From NCBI GenBank assembly GCA_965220085.1, contig CBDCOZ010000002.1, positions 96,001 through 160,000 of the forward strand: 64,000 bases of DNA. The letters are read 5' to 3'. Under the pieces are notes generated by a model. It searched no databases. It saw only the letters and a program-made list of their open reading frames with translations, and was not told where the DNA came from. The DNA is from Candidatus Oxydemutatoraceae bacterium (GTDB lineage Bacteria > Pseudomonadota > Gammaproteobacteria > Poriferisulfidales > Oxydemutatoraceae). The position numbers and the translations under genes were made by a program. Shown here in pieces: positions 1-10,019 of this stretch (the first letter of the stretch is position 1; the number at the start of each line of letters is the position of its first letter).

Positions 1-45
1 GACATATAGCTGGGGTGACTCGCTTAGTCGCACAAGTGAACTCCG

Positions 46-1338
46 CTACTTGCTATCGCCCTTCTTGTCCTCGCTACGGCGGTCAAGCGTTTCCGCTACC
101 GCTTGAACAACGCTGGTGGGTTGCTCTTTGGATGTGCCCAGAATCAAGGCCGCTGTGCTACTGTGTGTGTGGTGGTCAAACAGGCGTAGCAATGCTTGGT
201 TGCTTTCGCCCGCACTACGCTCGTAGTATTTAGTCAAAATGGTCAAAGCCCGCTTGGAGCGAATATCCTCGCGCAGTGCCAGAGCACGAGCTTTATCTCT
301 GTCTGCGGAACGCACCCACAGATAAAAAGGCACCAGTATCAAAGTAGCCATTGTGATAAAGGGGAGGATGATACTATAGGAGTCGGTGGGGGTTACAAGC
401 TTGTCAATTGCAATCATTTCATAGCCTAGGTATGCCACTACCCCATAGGTAGCAAGAGACATGAAAATGGAGAGTGCAAGAACCGCAAGATACCCCCGAC
501 TTTTATTTTTATAGTCTCTTTCCATCTCTTCCAGAGTATCCTCATAATGTAGTAGCTCCTTAAAATTTTCTTCTTTATCTAATAATCTAGCTTGCAGCTC
601 TTTGTCAAACTCCTCCTGTTGCTCCTCCAGCTGCTTTTCATATTTTTGCGTTATTTTTTTCTGCTCAAATAGTGCCCGTGATGCCATCCGCCTGCTGTGC
701 GCTTCGGCAAGGTTCGGGTTCAGTTCTATGGCTTTGTCATAATCTTGGATGGCTTCTTGGTATTGGTTTAGGGCGGTTTTGATGATGCCTCTGTTGCCGT
801 AAGCTTCGGCATTTTCTGGGTTCAGTTTTATGGCCTCATCGTAGTCTTGGATAGCCTCTCGGTATTGTTTTAGCTTAGCTTTGGCGAGGCCTCTGTTGCT
901 GTAAGCACCGGCAAATTTCGGGTTCAGTTTTATGGCTTCATCGTAGTCTTGAATGGCTTCTTGGTATTGCTCTAGCTTATCTTTGCTAGTGCCTCTGTTG
1001 TTATAAGCCTTGGCATCTTCCGGGATGAGCTCTATGGTTTTATCGTAGTCTTGAATGGCTTCTTGGTATTGCTCCAGCCCGGCTTTGGCGAGGCCTCTGT
1101 TGCCGTAAGCTTCGGCATATTCCGGCTTAAGTTCTATGGCTTTATCGTAGTCTTGGATGGCTTCTTGGTATTGGTTTAGGTTAGCTTTGGCAACGCCTCT
1201 GTTGTTGTAAGCCTCGGCGAATTCTGGATCAAACTCTATGACCTTGCTAAAAAGCTCTATGGCTTCTTGATATTGTCCTGCGTCGTAGGCGACGCGTCCT
1301 CCCTCAAAAAAATCTTGGCTTGTTTCGTCGTCGCCCAT
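46..1338 (-). CDS. Tetratricopeptide-repeat protein with C-terminal coiled coil and two transmembrane helices
   Basis: About six 34-aa TPR units (AEAYNNRG..K..L.QYQEAIQDYDKAIEL.P), a Q/E/K-rich helix, then two hydrophobic segments; RBS GAGGA upstream of the ATG. Confidence 0.9.
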   Translation of the reverse strand: MGDDETSQDFFEGGRVAYDAGQYQEAIELFSKVIEFDPEFAEAYNNRGVAKANLNQYQEAIQDYDKAIELKPEYAEAYGNRGLAKAGLEQYQEAIQDYDKTIELIPEDAKAYNNRGTSKDKLEQYQEAIQDYDEAIKLNPKFAGAYSNRGLAKAKLKQYREAIQDYDEAIKLNPENAEAYGNRGIIKTALNQYQEAIQDYDKAIELNPNLAEAHSRRMASRALFEQKKITQKYEKQLEEQQEEFDKELQARLLDKEENFKELLHYEDTLEEMERDYKNKSRGYLAVLALSIFMSLATYGVVAYLGYEMIAIDKLVTPTDSYSIILPFITMATLILVPFYLWVRSADRDKARALALREDIRSKRALTILTKYYERSAGESNQALLRLFDHHTHSSTAALILGTSKEQPTSVVQAVAETLDRRSEDKKGDSK

Positions 1339-1482
1339 TTGAATGTCCTCTCAGGTTAGCAGGTGTTGCCAGTGGCAACTAGGCAACACGATAGTATGGT
1401 GGCATTGTACCACCCGCAACATGCCCGCCGCGACCACCGCAAGCAAACACAAGCAACCCGCGTGCTTGAAAATAAATAAGCA

Positions 1483-1545
1483 CCGCAATGCGCCCACCGC
1501 GCACCCACCCGCAATGCGCCCGCCGCGCACCCACCCGCAATGCGT
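1483..1545. repeat. 26-bp tandem repeat, about 2.4 copies, intergenic
   Basis: ccgcaatgcgccc(a/g)ccgcgcacccac at 1483 and 1509, partial copy at 1535. Confidence 0.7.
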
Positions 1546-1687
1546 CAGGCCGCAACGTGCTTCCCGCAATGCCAAGCCCATTCCGAACCCTGCGCCCGCC
1601 GAAATGCCTTTGCGTATGCGGGCAACGCCAGCGTTATCGCGGCCTTTCTGAAAAGCGGCGGGCTTTCCTATATAATCGGGTCTTTAT

Positions 1688-3013
1688 ATGCGTAAGCAGG
1701 CACAAGCAATGAACAGAGTCGTCTTATTTTTAGGTTGCATGGCGGTTTCGGTCGTTACCGCCGTTGTCTTTTTGTCAAAGGAATCGCACACGGTGCGCGC
1801 CAACGAAGCGGGCGGGTTGCCGTTGAAGGAGTTGCGGATGTTTAGCGACATCTACGCGCGGGTCAAACACAGTTATGTCGATGAGGTGGAAGACGAGGAA
1901 TTGATACGGGGCGCGATTGACGGGATGTTGGCGACGCTGGATCCCTACTCGGTGTACCTGAAGAAGCAGGCGCACGAGAATCTGCGGATTGGCACGACCG
2001 GCAAGTTCGGCGGGCTTGGCATCGTGGTGGATACCAAAGACGATTTCATCGAGGTCGTCTCGCCGATAGACGACACGCCGGCGAGCCGCGCCGGTCTGGA
2101 GGCGGGCGATATGATTGTGCGCATTGATGAGACGGTGACGAAGGGGATGGAGTTGTCCGAGGCGGTCGATATGATGCGCGGGGTGATTGGCACCAAAGTC
2201 AAGTTGCTGATAAGGCGCGAGGGCCTTGAGCAGCCGTTTGAGGCGGAACTGACGCGGGCGGAGATTAAGGTCAAGAGCGCGCGCGGGGTGTTGCTTGAGC
2301 CGGGCTATGGCTATGTGCGCCTCACGCGTTTTCAAACCAACACGAGCGCCGATATGGGAGCGCTGATTGCGAAGCTGACGAAGGAGAACAAGCAACCCCT
2401 GCAGGGGCTGATTCTGGATTTGCGCAACAACCCGGGCGGCTTGCTGGCCGCTGCGGTGCAAGTGGTGGATTATTTTGTCGGCAAAGGCGAGTTGGTGGTT
2501 TATACCAAAGGGCGGCGCGCGGACAGCATGCACGAGTATAAGTCGGCATCGCCGGATGCGTCCGGCGGGGTGCCGTTGGTCGTGCTGATAAACACCGGCT
2601 CGGCATCGGCGTCGGAGATTGTCTCGGGGGCGTTGCAGGATTTGCATCGCGCGACCGTGATGGGCGAGAAGTCTTACGGCAAGGGGTCGGTGCAGACGGT
2701 TCATCCGTTGCAGGATGAGACCGCGCTGAAGCTGACGACGGCGAAGTACTACACCCCCGCCGGCAAAGTGATACACGACAATGGCGTATCGCCCAATGTC
2801 GAGTCGGAGTTTGAGGAATTGAGCGACGAGGATGTGGCCGCGCGCAAGGAACTCAATATCTATAAGGATATGCTGAAGTGGCTTTCTTATGACTCGCAGG
2901 TGAAAACCGCTTTGATCAAACTGAAAGAGTTGGCGATGGGTACGGTGCCGCCTCAGCCGCCGGCAGCGCAACCGGCACAGCCGAACCAAGCGCCACCGCC
3001 GCCCGCGCCCTGA
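1688..3013 (+). CDS. ctpA: S41 family carboxy-terminal processing protease
   Basis: N-terminal anchor, LDPYS, PDZ (GLGI..., GDMIVRID), LILDLRNNPGG, SASASEIVSGALQD, YGKGSVQ; alternative start at 1709. Confidence 0.93.
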   Translation: MRKQAQAMNRVVLFLGCMAVSVVTAVVFLSKESHTVRANEAGGLPLKELRMFSDIYARVKHSYVDEVEDEELIRGAIDGMLATLDPYSVYLKKQAHENLRIGTTGKFGGLGIVVDTKDDFIEVVSPIDDTPASRAGLEAGDMIVRIDETVTKGMELSEAVDMMRGVIGTKVKLLIRREGLEQPFEAELTRAEIKVKSARGVLLEPGYGYVRLTRFQTNTSADMGALIAKLTKENKQPLQGLILDLRNNPGGLLAAAVQVVDYFVGKGELVVYTKGRRADSMHEYKSASPDASGGVPLVVLINTGSASASEIVSGALQDLHRATVMGEKSYGKGSVQTVHPLQDETALKLTTAKYYTPAGKVIHDNGVSPNVESEFEELSDEDVAARKELNIYKDMLKWLSYDSQVKTALIKLKELAMGTVPPQPPAAQPAQPNQAPPPPAP

Positions 3014-3070
3014 CCGCCAACCGCGCCTGACCGCAAATCGCGCCGTAATTATCCGGCTTGCGCTGACTGC

Positions 3071-3120
3071 ACTCCCCCTTGCGCTAACTATTGCTCCCCC
3101 TTGCGGGGGAGCCGGCGTAG
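3071..3120. repeat. REP-like hairpin between convergent ctpA and sel1 genes
   Basis: gctcccccttgcgggggagc at 3093-3112; same family as the CTCTCCCGCGAGGGGAGAG hairpins elsewhere in the window. Confidence 0.7.
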
Positions 3121-3185
3121 CTTCTTCTCTGCCCAGACAATAAAAGTTACGCAACCTTGCGAGAGCAGGGCCGGGCAGAAAAAGT

Positions 3186-4790
3186 TTATTCCTCGTTCTT
3201 CGCCTGTTTTTTCCGGATTTTCTCCATGAGAAGTTTGGCTTCCGCTTGTGCTGTCGCCAAGTCGTTAGCAGACAATAATCTGGCATCATCATCTCGGTAT
3301 TTCACTGATTGCTCGTACCCGTTCCCCGCCGCAATAGAATGCCAGATATATGCCTCCCGGTGGTTTTGCGCAACGCCCTTTCCGTTGTGATACATCACGC
3401 CGAGATTAAATTGCGCCTTGGCGTATCCCTGATTGGCGGCAAGTCGAAACCACTTCCCCGCTTCTACAGAATCTTGTTTAACGCCCTGCCCGTTGTGATA
3501 CATCAAGCCAAGGTTATATTGCGCAATGGCGTATTCTTGTTGGGCAGCGCGCCGATACCATCTCTCTGCTTCTGCATAATCCTGCTTAATGCCTCTGCCA
3601 TTGTAATACGTTGAACCGAGATTGTTTTGTGCGCTGGCGACTCCTTGTTCGGCGGCATGTTGAAACCACTTCCCTGCTTCTGCGTAATCTTGTTTAACGC
3701 CTATGCCATTGGCATACATCACGCCAAGATTATGTTGCGCAATGGCATATTCTTGTTGGGCAGCGCACCGATACCATTTCTCTGCTTCTGCATAATCCTG
3801 CTGAATGCCTTGCCCGCTTCCATACATCAAGCCAAGATTAAATTGCGCTCTGGCGTCTCCCTGATTGGCAGCGCACTGAAGCCACTTTACCGCTTTTGCA
3901 TAATCCTGCTTAACGCCCCGACCATAGTAATACATTATGCCAAGACCAAATTGCGCCTTGGCGTCTTCCCGTTCGGCGGCAAGTTGAAACCACTTTGCCG
4001 CTTCTGCATAGTCCTGCTGAATGTCCCGACCGTAGTAATACATCATGCCAAGATTAAATTGCGCTTTGGCATGCCCCCGATTGGCAGCGTACTGAAACCA
4101 CTTTGCCGCTTCTGCATAATCCTGCTGAATGCCCCGACCATAGTAATACATCTCGCCAAGATTAAATTGTGCTTTGATATCCTTCGCCTTCTCCTTTTCT
4201 TCGGTCTCGGCGAAAGTGTTATCTGCCGAGGGCGTCTCAGTTGTGGATTTCACTCCGCCATTCTCTTTACTGGCGGCAGCCGCATCAGGCGCCAAATCTT
4301 TTGCGGTTGATTCTTCATCCGCTTTCCCCTTCTTAAGGGAGGTGGTGGCCGCAGGTTCCCGTTCCGACGTAGAGTCTTGCGGGTAGATCTCTATGCCTTC
4401 ACCTCCAATTTTCTTCACTCGGCTGGTGAGCTCGCTTATTTCCGGCTCCAAATCTTTTGCGGTTAATCCTTCATCTACTTTCCCCTTCTTAAGGGAGGTG
4501 GTTGCCGCAGGTTCTGATTCCGACGCGGGTTGTTGCTTGTAGAGTTTTAGGCCTGCGATGCTCTTCAGCCGGTTGATGCTCTCGCTTATTTCCTCGGAGA
4601 ATTTGTTTACGAACCAGACGAATGCCCCGACAATTATGCCGACGTAAACAACGGTTGGAGACATAATGGAGTTCACCAGTTTGAGGAATGTATCTTGGAT
4701 TCCGATGACGTCGGCGAGCCAAAGAGAAAGGAAAGCGATGCCGACAAAAACAGCGACGAAAATAATGGCAGTGATAATTTTTTTGCGCAT
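3186..4790 (-). CDS. Sel1-repeat membrane-anchored protein (paralogue A)
   Basis: Two N-terminal TM helices, a duplicated linker, about eight 36-aa Sel1 repeats (AQFNLG.MY..G.G..QDYAEA.KW...AA.QG); start at ATG 4790 because the ORF extension lies in a repeat. Confidence 0.92.
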   Translation of the reverse strand: MRKKIITAIIFVAVFVGIAFLSLWLADVIGIQDTFLKLVNSIMSPTVVYVGIIVGAFVWFVNKFSEEISESINRLKSIAGLKLYKQQPASESEPAATTSLKKGKVDEGLTAKDLEPEISELTSRVKKIGGEGIEIYPQDSTSEREPAATTSLKKGKADEESTAKDLAPDAAAASKENGGVKSTTETPSADNTFAETEEKEKAKDIKAQFNLGEMYYYGRGIQQDYAEAAKWFQYAANRGHAKAQFNLGMMYYYGRDIQQDYAEAAKWFQLAAEREDAKAQFGLGIMYYYGRGVKQDYAKAVKWLQCAANQGDARAQFNLGLMYGSGQGIQQDYAEAEKWYRCAAQQEYAIAQHNLGVMYANGIGVKQDYAEAGKWFQHAAEQGVASAQNNLGSTYYNGRGIKQDYAEAERWYRRAAQQEYAIAQYNLGLMYHNGQGVKQDSVEAGKWFRLAANQGYAKAQFNLGVMYHNGKGVAQNHREAYIWHSIAAGNGYEQSVKYRDDDARLLSANDLATAQAEAKLLMEKIRKKQAKNEE

Positions 4791-4823
4791 TGGTTTTTTT
4801 CTCTGACAGGATTCTATCACCTT

Positions 4824-5009
4824 TCCGTGGCGCACCCCCTCACCGACTCGCTGCGCTCGCCGACTCTCCCACGAGGGGAGAGTAAGCATGTCCTGCGCAA
4901 TCCGTAGCGCACCCCCTCACCGACTCGCTGCGCTCGCCGACTCCCCCACGAGGGGAGAGTAAGCATGTCCTGCGCAATCCGCTGCGAGCGTTGAGTCATC
5001 CGTTTAAGC
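4824..5009. repeat. Two 77-bp REP-containing units plus a ~30-nt tail, direct repeat of 16342-16901
   Basis: Units start at 4835 and 4912; the tail gcgagcgttgagtcatccgtttaagc recurs at 16876-16901. Confidence 0.9.
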
Positions 5010-7881
5010 AGTCTTGGACGATGCTTGCCAGTTGCTGGTTATTGATGCGGGTCTGATAGCGTATGTCAACGTCAATGCCATCCCGACTCAAGGTGTCTTG
5101 CAATGCATCAAAGAATTTCTCAGCATACTTAATCTTGTTGCGTTCTGCTTCGGGTATGTTGGTTTCATACCGATGCCCTTTGGTTTCCACAACCAGAAAG
5201 AGCGTTTTGCCGTCTTCTTTTTCAATGAGGTAGGCGAAGTCGGGATTATAGGTTTTGTAGGGTGTCGGAATATTGATGCGCGGCAACTTGGCGAAGACGG
5301 TAATGCGGTTTCCGTCTATCTGTGCGGGGTCATTCCGGATGCTTTCTTTTTCTATGTTGGAATCATATACGACGGTATCGTACAAGAATTCTTCTCGCGG
5401 CTCATTACTGTCATCATAGAATTGTCCCAACAGGCTGCGCTTCAGTTCGGGTATCAGATTGCCGTCACTATCCTGCAATGAATTGGCAAGAACGGTGGTC
5501 CCCGTGAAACGATAGTTGACACTGCGGAGGATGCTCTTGTGTATCTCATCCTTCGCCAGACGAACCAGCAAAGTATGGGCCTTCTGCGGATTATTGACAA
5601 AATGTTGCCTTTTCAGTTTGCAGAACAGCCGCGCCACAAAATGCAACGGCAGGCATTCTTGCGTCGCCAGGGTATGCATAAATTCGGACAGTCCGTGTTT
5701 GGAAAAGTATCGGTCTGTTGCGTAGGCTCCGGAAGTTTCATCTTGAACGGATACCACATTCTGTCGGGTATCCAATCTCTTTCTGTCAACATATGATGTC
5801 GATGGTTCTATGTCGGCGGCATTAAACTGGTCACTGATGCTTTCTATCAGGCTTGCTTCGCATATTTCACCGTAGGTAATTTTGGCTTGGCGGTTGATGG
5901 TCTCCCAAAGGGCCCGGAACTTCTGCCATTGATTCTTTCGCACCCGCAGTGTCTTGGGGCGACGGTTTTTGTCAAGTATGTGGGTCTTGCTGTTGACGGC
6001 GAACACTTGCTTTGCAAAAGCCATGCGTTCGTCGGTCAGGACGCCGAACTTGTCGGGGTTGTTTTCTATGAAAGGCAATATCGGACTGCAAACTTTATAC
6101 GTGTCGCGTTTTTCGTCATGAGCAATGACTCCGCCGGTATCCAAGGCGACCATGATGTAATTGGCTTCTTGCTGGTTGAATCCTTTTCCCTTCAGTATCT
6201 CGTTATCTATTTCATCGCCAACTACCGACAAACTGGCTTCTTCCACTTCCTTTTGAATGCTATAGATAAACCCCTGCTCCTGTTGCGACACCACCATATC
6301 CAGCGCATTGATGCCGTAGAATTTTTCGACGTCTTCTCCCAAGTATTTGTGCGTCAGCCGCTTGCCGGCCTGATTGACGGCGATGCGCAATCCGCGACCG
6401 ACCTGCTGGCGACAACTGGTTTCATGTCCTGTGCTGGCTAACTTGCATATCGTGAAGACATTGGGGCTGTCCCAGCCTTCTTGCAATGCCCAGACCGAGA
6501 AGATGAAGCGCAACGGCTCATCCAGCGACAGCAGCCGTTCCTTGTCGTTGAGAATCAGTCGCACGCCTTCGCGCTCCTGCTGTTCTTTTGTCCCCTTGTC
6601 GCCGGAGAAGTAGCCGTTGTGCACGCATAATTCGCCGGCTTCAAAATCGCGATCCAGATAGCGGCGGTAGTTTTCGTTGTCGGTGTTGTCGTAGTATCGC
6701 TTCCGCAGCGTTCTGTATTCCTCTTCAAAGATGCGCTTGATAAGGGGGCTGTCGCCGCGAAAGTCATGAATGCCGGGAATAAAAAACAGCGCGAGCGCTT
6801 TTATGTTTTGCTCAAACAGGCCTTCCTCTTTTTCAAAGTGTCTCTGTATCGTGTGTCGTATCATCTGCCTCAGTTCGACTTCGCTCAGTTGGTAGTTGCC
6901 GGGTTGCGCTTGCAATATTTCCCCGTTGCTCAGAGCCACTTTGTCTTTGGTTATGCGAGTTACGCTGTGGCCTCCGTATTTCTGTATGTCGGTTTTTGCC
7001 CCCAAGTCATCCCCCACGCGCACTCTGGTTCTGTGCGGTTGCTCGTTGATCTGATACTCCACTTCGCAAAACTTCCTCCGCGGTTCGGTGCGTTTGACTG
7101 CCAACCCGCCTTCCTCTGCGCGCGCATAAATGGTATGTACGCCTATTTGCTTCACCAGATATTGATTGAACGCGCTGATGCTATCCAGCGCATAAACCAA
7201 GTTGGACAACTTGCTGTCTTCGTCTTTGGGGTATGTGGCTCCGAATCTCAGGCGCAAGCAGTCTCCCAGTTTGTCCAGCCCGCGCTTTGTTTCCGTGCCC
7301 TTAAGCAGATGCGGTTCGTCTATGATGATCACCGGCTTTTGAGCGGCGATGCCTTCCCAAGCGCTGCCAAATTGAAACAGCCCTTCGGTTTTTCGGTTGA
7401 TACGGTTGTCCTGCGAATTGAAAGCGCTGTTGGTAGTTATCAACACGCACAAATCGTTGCCGGCTATGAAATCATAATGCACGGTTCTCAAATCTTTGCC
7501 GGGATAGTCGATATAGCGAATGTGTTGTCCGTACAGGTTGTAAAAATACTCATCCGTCAGCCGTATGTTTTGGATGACACCCTGCTTGATAGCGGCGCGT
7601 GGCAGCACGATGATAAATTTTTTCTGGTTGAATCGCCGATGCAGTTCCAAAATGGTTTGCAGGTAGGCAAAGGTCTTGCCGGTCCCGGTCTCCATCAACA
7701 CATCCAAGCGCGGCTGGGGCGCCACGGGATACATTGACAGCGCGCCGGTACCGGTGTCGCCAAGGCGCTCTAAGTTCCGCACAAGATTCTCTGTGTTTAC
7801 GGCGCCGAGGTTGATGCCATCCAGCGCCGCCGCGATGTTGTCTATGCAGTCTTGCTGGTATTGTTGCTTCTCAAATAGCAA
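4996..7881 (-). CDS. res: Type III restriction enzyme Res subunit (system 1)
   Basis: METGTGKT, DEPH, RFGAT, EGWD, QQVGRGLR and C-terminal YNPDFAY..VETKG nuclease motif; TTG start behind GGAGG. Confidence 0.92.
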   Translation of the reverse strand: MLFEKQQYQQDCIDNIAAALDGINLGAVNTENLVRNLERLGDTGTGALSMYPVAPQPRLDVLMETGTGKTFAYLQTILELHRRFNQKKFIIVLPRAAIKQGVIQNIRLTDEYFYNLYGQHIRYIDYPGKDLRTVHYDFIAGNDLCVLITTNSAFNSQDNRINRKTEGLFQFGSAWEGIAAQKPVIIIDEPHLLKGTETKRGLDKLGDCLRLRFGATYPKDEDSKLSNLVYALDSISAFNQYLVKQIGVHTIYARAEEGGLAVKRTEPRRKFCEVEYQINEQPHRTRVRVGDDLGAKTDIQKYGGHSVTRITKDKVALSNGEILQAQPGNYQLSEVELRQMIRHTIQRHFEKEEGLFEQNIKALALFFIPGIHDFRGDSPLIKRIFEEEYRTLRKRYYDNTDNENYRRYLDRDFEAGELCVHNGYFSGDKGTKEQQEREGVRLILNDKERLLSLDEPLRFIFSVWALQEGWDSPNVFTICKLASTGHETSCRQQVGRGLRIAVNQAGKRLTHKYLGEDVEKFYGINALDMVVSQQEQGFIYSIQKEVEEASLSVVGDEIDNEILKGKGFNQQEANYIMVALDTGGVIAHDEKRDTYKVCSPILPFIENNPDKFGVLTDERMAFAKQVFAVNSKTHILDKNRRPKTLRVRKNQWQKFRALWETINRQAKITYGEICEASLIESISDQFNAADIEPSTSYVDRKRLDTRQNVVSVQDETSGAYATDRYFSKHGLSEFMHTLATQECLPLHFVARLFCKLKRQHFVNNPQKAHTLLVRLAKDEIHKSILRSVNYRFTGTTVLANSLQDSDGNLIPELKRSLLGQFYDDSNEPREEFLYDTVVYDSNIEKESIRNDPAQIDGNRITVFAKLPRINIPTPYKTYNPDFAYLIEKEDGKTLFLVVETKGHRYETNIPEAERNKIKYAEKFFDALQDTLSRDGIDVDIRYQTRINNQQLASIVQDCLNG

Positions 7882-7892
7882 GCGCGCCTCCG

Positions 7893-9752
7893 TCAATAAA
7901 TGACAGTGATGTTGTCGCGATTGTGTGCGCCCAGATTGAGGAACTGTGACAGGTTGATATCCGCCCAGCCGTCCAGATTTATTTTGTAATCGCGATAGGG
8001 CTCCAAAGCATCGCCGGGCAGGTCGGCCAACATATAGAGTTCGCCATCGCTTTGATCTTTCTCTATTGCCTGATACAGCTTGTCTTCCACAATGCAACGC
8101 AGTTTGGTATGCAGAGGTTTGCAGGTCGCCGCCAGCATGTTTATCAGGGTGTCGTCGGTGGTTTTGCGGTGGCTATCGATAGACATTATCGGATTCGGCG
8201 CTGTGTTATCGGCCGTTTCCGCAATGCGCGGCTTGGGTTGCAAACTGAAAACTTTATAACCTATGTCCGGGCAAGAGCCGACCAAAGCCCCGCATTCTTG
8301 GCGGATTTTGTCCCCGGCGCGATTCAAACGTTCTATGCAAATGCCGGATATGACAGGCTCAAGATTATTGTCTTTGCAAAACTTGTGAGTCGCCGCGCTG
8401 CTCTTTCTATCTATGGCTTCATCCCATTGCACGAGTATGAATTTGCGATTGCCGCCGTCTTCCGCATTGAGTTGCATGACGGCATCGCCGGTCGTGCCGC
8501 TGCCGGCAAAGAGATCCATTACTATGTCTTCGCTGTCGGTGGCGTGAAACGCAAGCCGTTGTATGAGCGGCACCGGCTTTACCGAATCAAACCCGTGATC
8601 TTTAGACTGCATGATGCCGGAAAGGTTCTGCTTCGCCGATTCCGCCGTGCCTATATCCTTTGAAAAGAATGCCCAGAAGGGGTGCGCTCTTTCTTGTCGT
8701 TCATATTCTTTTCTCATTTTTATATGGAGCTTTCCTTTATAGAGAATCAGATCTCCGCGTTTTTCGTATTCATCAATCTTCTCTTTGCCGATCTTCCATT
8801 GCTTTCCTTTGTCAGGTTCTACCCCTAAGATGGGAAACCTCATGCTTTCTCTTGATCGCATACCCTTAGCGCTCATTTGTTCTACCAGCGCATAGCGAAA
8901 GCGCCCCTTGTCATCTTTTTCCAAATATGTTTTTTCGCCATTGCCTATCAGATTGAATCTGATTTTTTCTTGCATGGCATAGCAGAGAATATACTCTACT
9001 CTGGGCTGAAGTTTGTTGTAAGAGTCTTGTGTGTTTTGTGATTTTGTCTTTGACTCCCAGCCAATATTCCCGATAAAATTATTCTCCCCAAATATCTCAT
9101 CGCAGATAATTTTTAAGTTAGCCTGTTCGTTGTCGTCTATGCTGATGAAGATGACGCCATCATCGCGCAACAGATCACGGGCCAGTTTCAGGCGCGGGTA
9201 CATGAAACTGAGCCAACCGCTGTGGCTGCGAGTGCCGTATACATTGTGCAGAAAGTCGATGGCCTCTTCGTTTAAGCCATAGCGCTCTGTCAGTTCGGCA
9301 TCGCTCGTCTTGAAGTTGTCCTTGTATATGAAGTGTTCGGTGCGGGTGTTGTACGGCGGGTCTATGTAGATCATCTTTATCTTGCCGAAGTAGTTTTGAT
9401 AGAGAATCTTCAGCGCATCCAGGTTGTCGCCGCGGATGACGACATTTTCGGTATCGTCGGCGTTCTTGCTCTGTTGCGGTTCGGGCTTCAGTTCCATCAG
9501 GGTGGGTTCGTTAGCCTGCGCCCGCGCCAATCCCTTGCCGGCGAAAGTCAGTTCATAGCCCTGATTGTTGCTTGTGGTGTTGGCAGAATCTATGACATCG
9601 GTCAACGCTTTGGCATCCGCCTGCCCATCGCTGTTCACCAGACTGGGCAGCAGACTCTTGATCTGATCTATGAGCTTGTCTTGGCCCGCATCAGGGCCGG
9701 CGCCCTTTGTAGTGCGCACATGCAACTCTTTGGCTTGTTCTTTGTCAATCAT
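7893..9752 (-). CDS. mod: Type III Mod adenine DNA methyltransferase (system 1)
   Basis: GDNLDALK, IYIDPPYN, HSGWLSFMYPRL, DLFAGSGTTG; directly upstream of res. Confidence 0.93.
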   Translation of the reverse strand: MIDKEQAKELHVRTTKGAGPDAGQDKLIDQIKSLLPSLVNSDGQADAKALTDVIDSANTTSNNQGYELTFAGKGLARAQANEPTLMELKPEPQQSKNADDTENVVIRGDNLDALKILYQNYFGKIKMIYIDPPYNTRTEHFIYKDNFKTSDAELTERYGLNEEAIDFLHNVYGTRSHSGWLSFMYPRLKLARDLLRDDGVIFISIDDNEQANLKIICDEIFGENNFIGNIGWESKTKSQNTQDSYNKLQPRVEYILCYAMQEKIRFNLIGNGEKTYLEKDDKGRFRYALVEQMSAKGMRSRESMRFPILGVEPDKGKQWKIGKEKIDEYEKRGDLILYKGKLHIKMRKEYERQERAHPFWAFFSKDIGTAESAKQNLSGIMQSKDHGFDSVKPVPLIQRLAFHATDSEDIVMDLFAGSGTTGDAVMQLNAEDGGNRKFILVQWDEAIDRKSSAATHKFCKDNNLEPVISGICIERLNRAGDKIRQECGALVGSCPDIGYKVFSLQPKPRIAETADNTAPNPIMSIDSHRKTTDDTLINMLAATCKPLHTKLRCIVEDKLYQAIEKDQSDGELYMLADLPGDALEPYRDYKINLDGWADINLSQFLNLGAHNRDNITVIY

Positions 9753-10019
9753 GGAATAGTCCGGTTAAGTGTTTGGCAGTCCGTCAGTATAACCCACATC
9801 CCGACTCAAGGCGCTTTGCAATGAATCGTATATAATCCCCCTATGCTTGGGGAGGGGTTGCTCCGTTACCTGCGCAAAGAGGCGCTTTGGATTGTGTCTA
9901 TCCGACGACGGAAGTTCTTGCGCTTTGCGGACGGAGTACGGATGTGCCAATGAAAGACCCGCGCCAAGCCCCGAACAATCGCCAAGCATTTGCAATAATG
10001 ACAAGGATGAAAATTTAAC

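Noticed and set aside
1775-3292. 505-aa minus-strand ORF and similar long shadow ORFs (24395-25798, 45868-47790, 47840-49195, 51832-53181)
   Set aside because: They are antisense to well-supported genes in GC-rich DNA and have no recognisable motifs
4791-4889. N-terminal ORF extensions of sel1A, sel1C, AlbA, res1, folA, pdxA and ampG given by the ORF track
   Set aside because: They run into repeats or neighbouring genes; downstream starts fit RBS or promoter signals and homologue N-termini better
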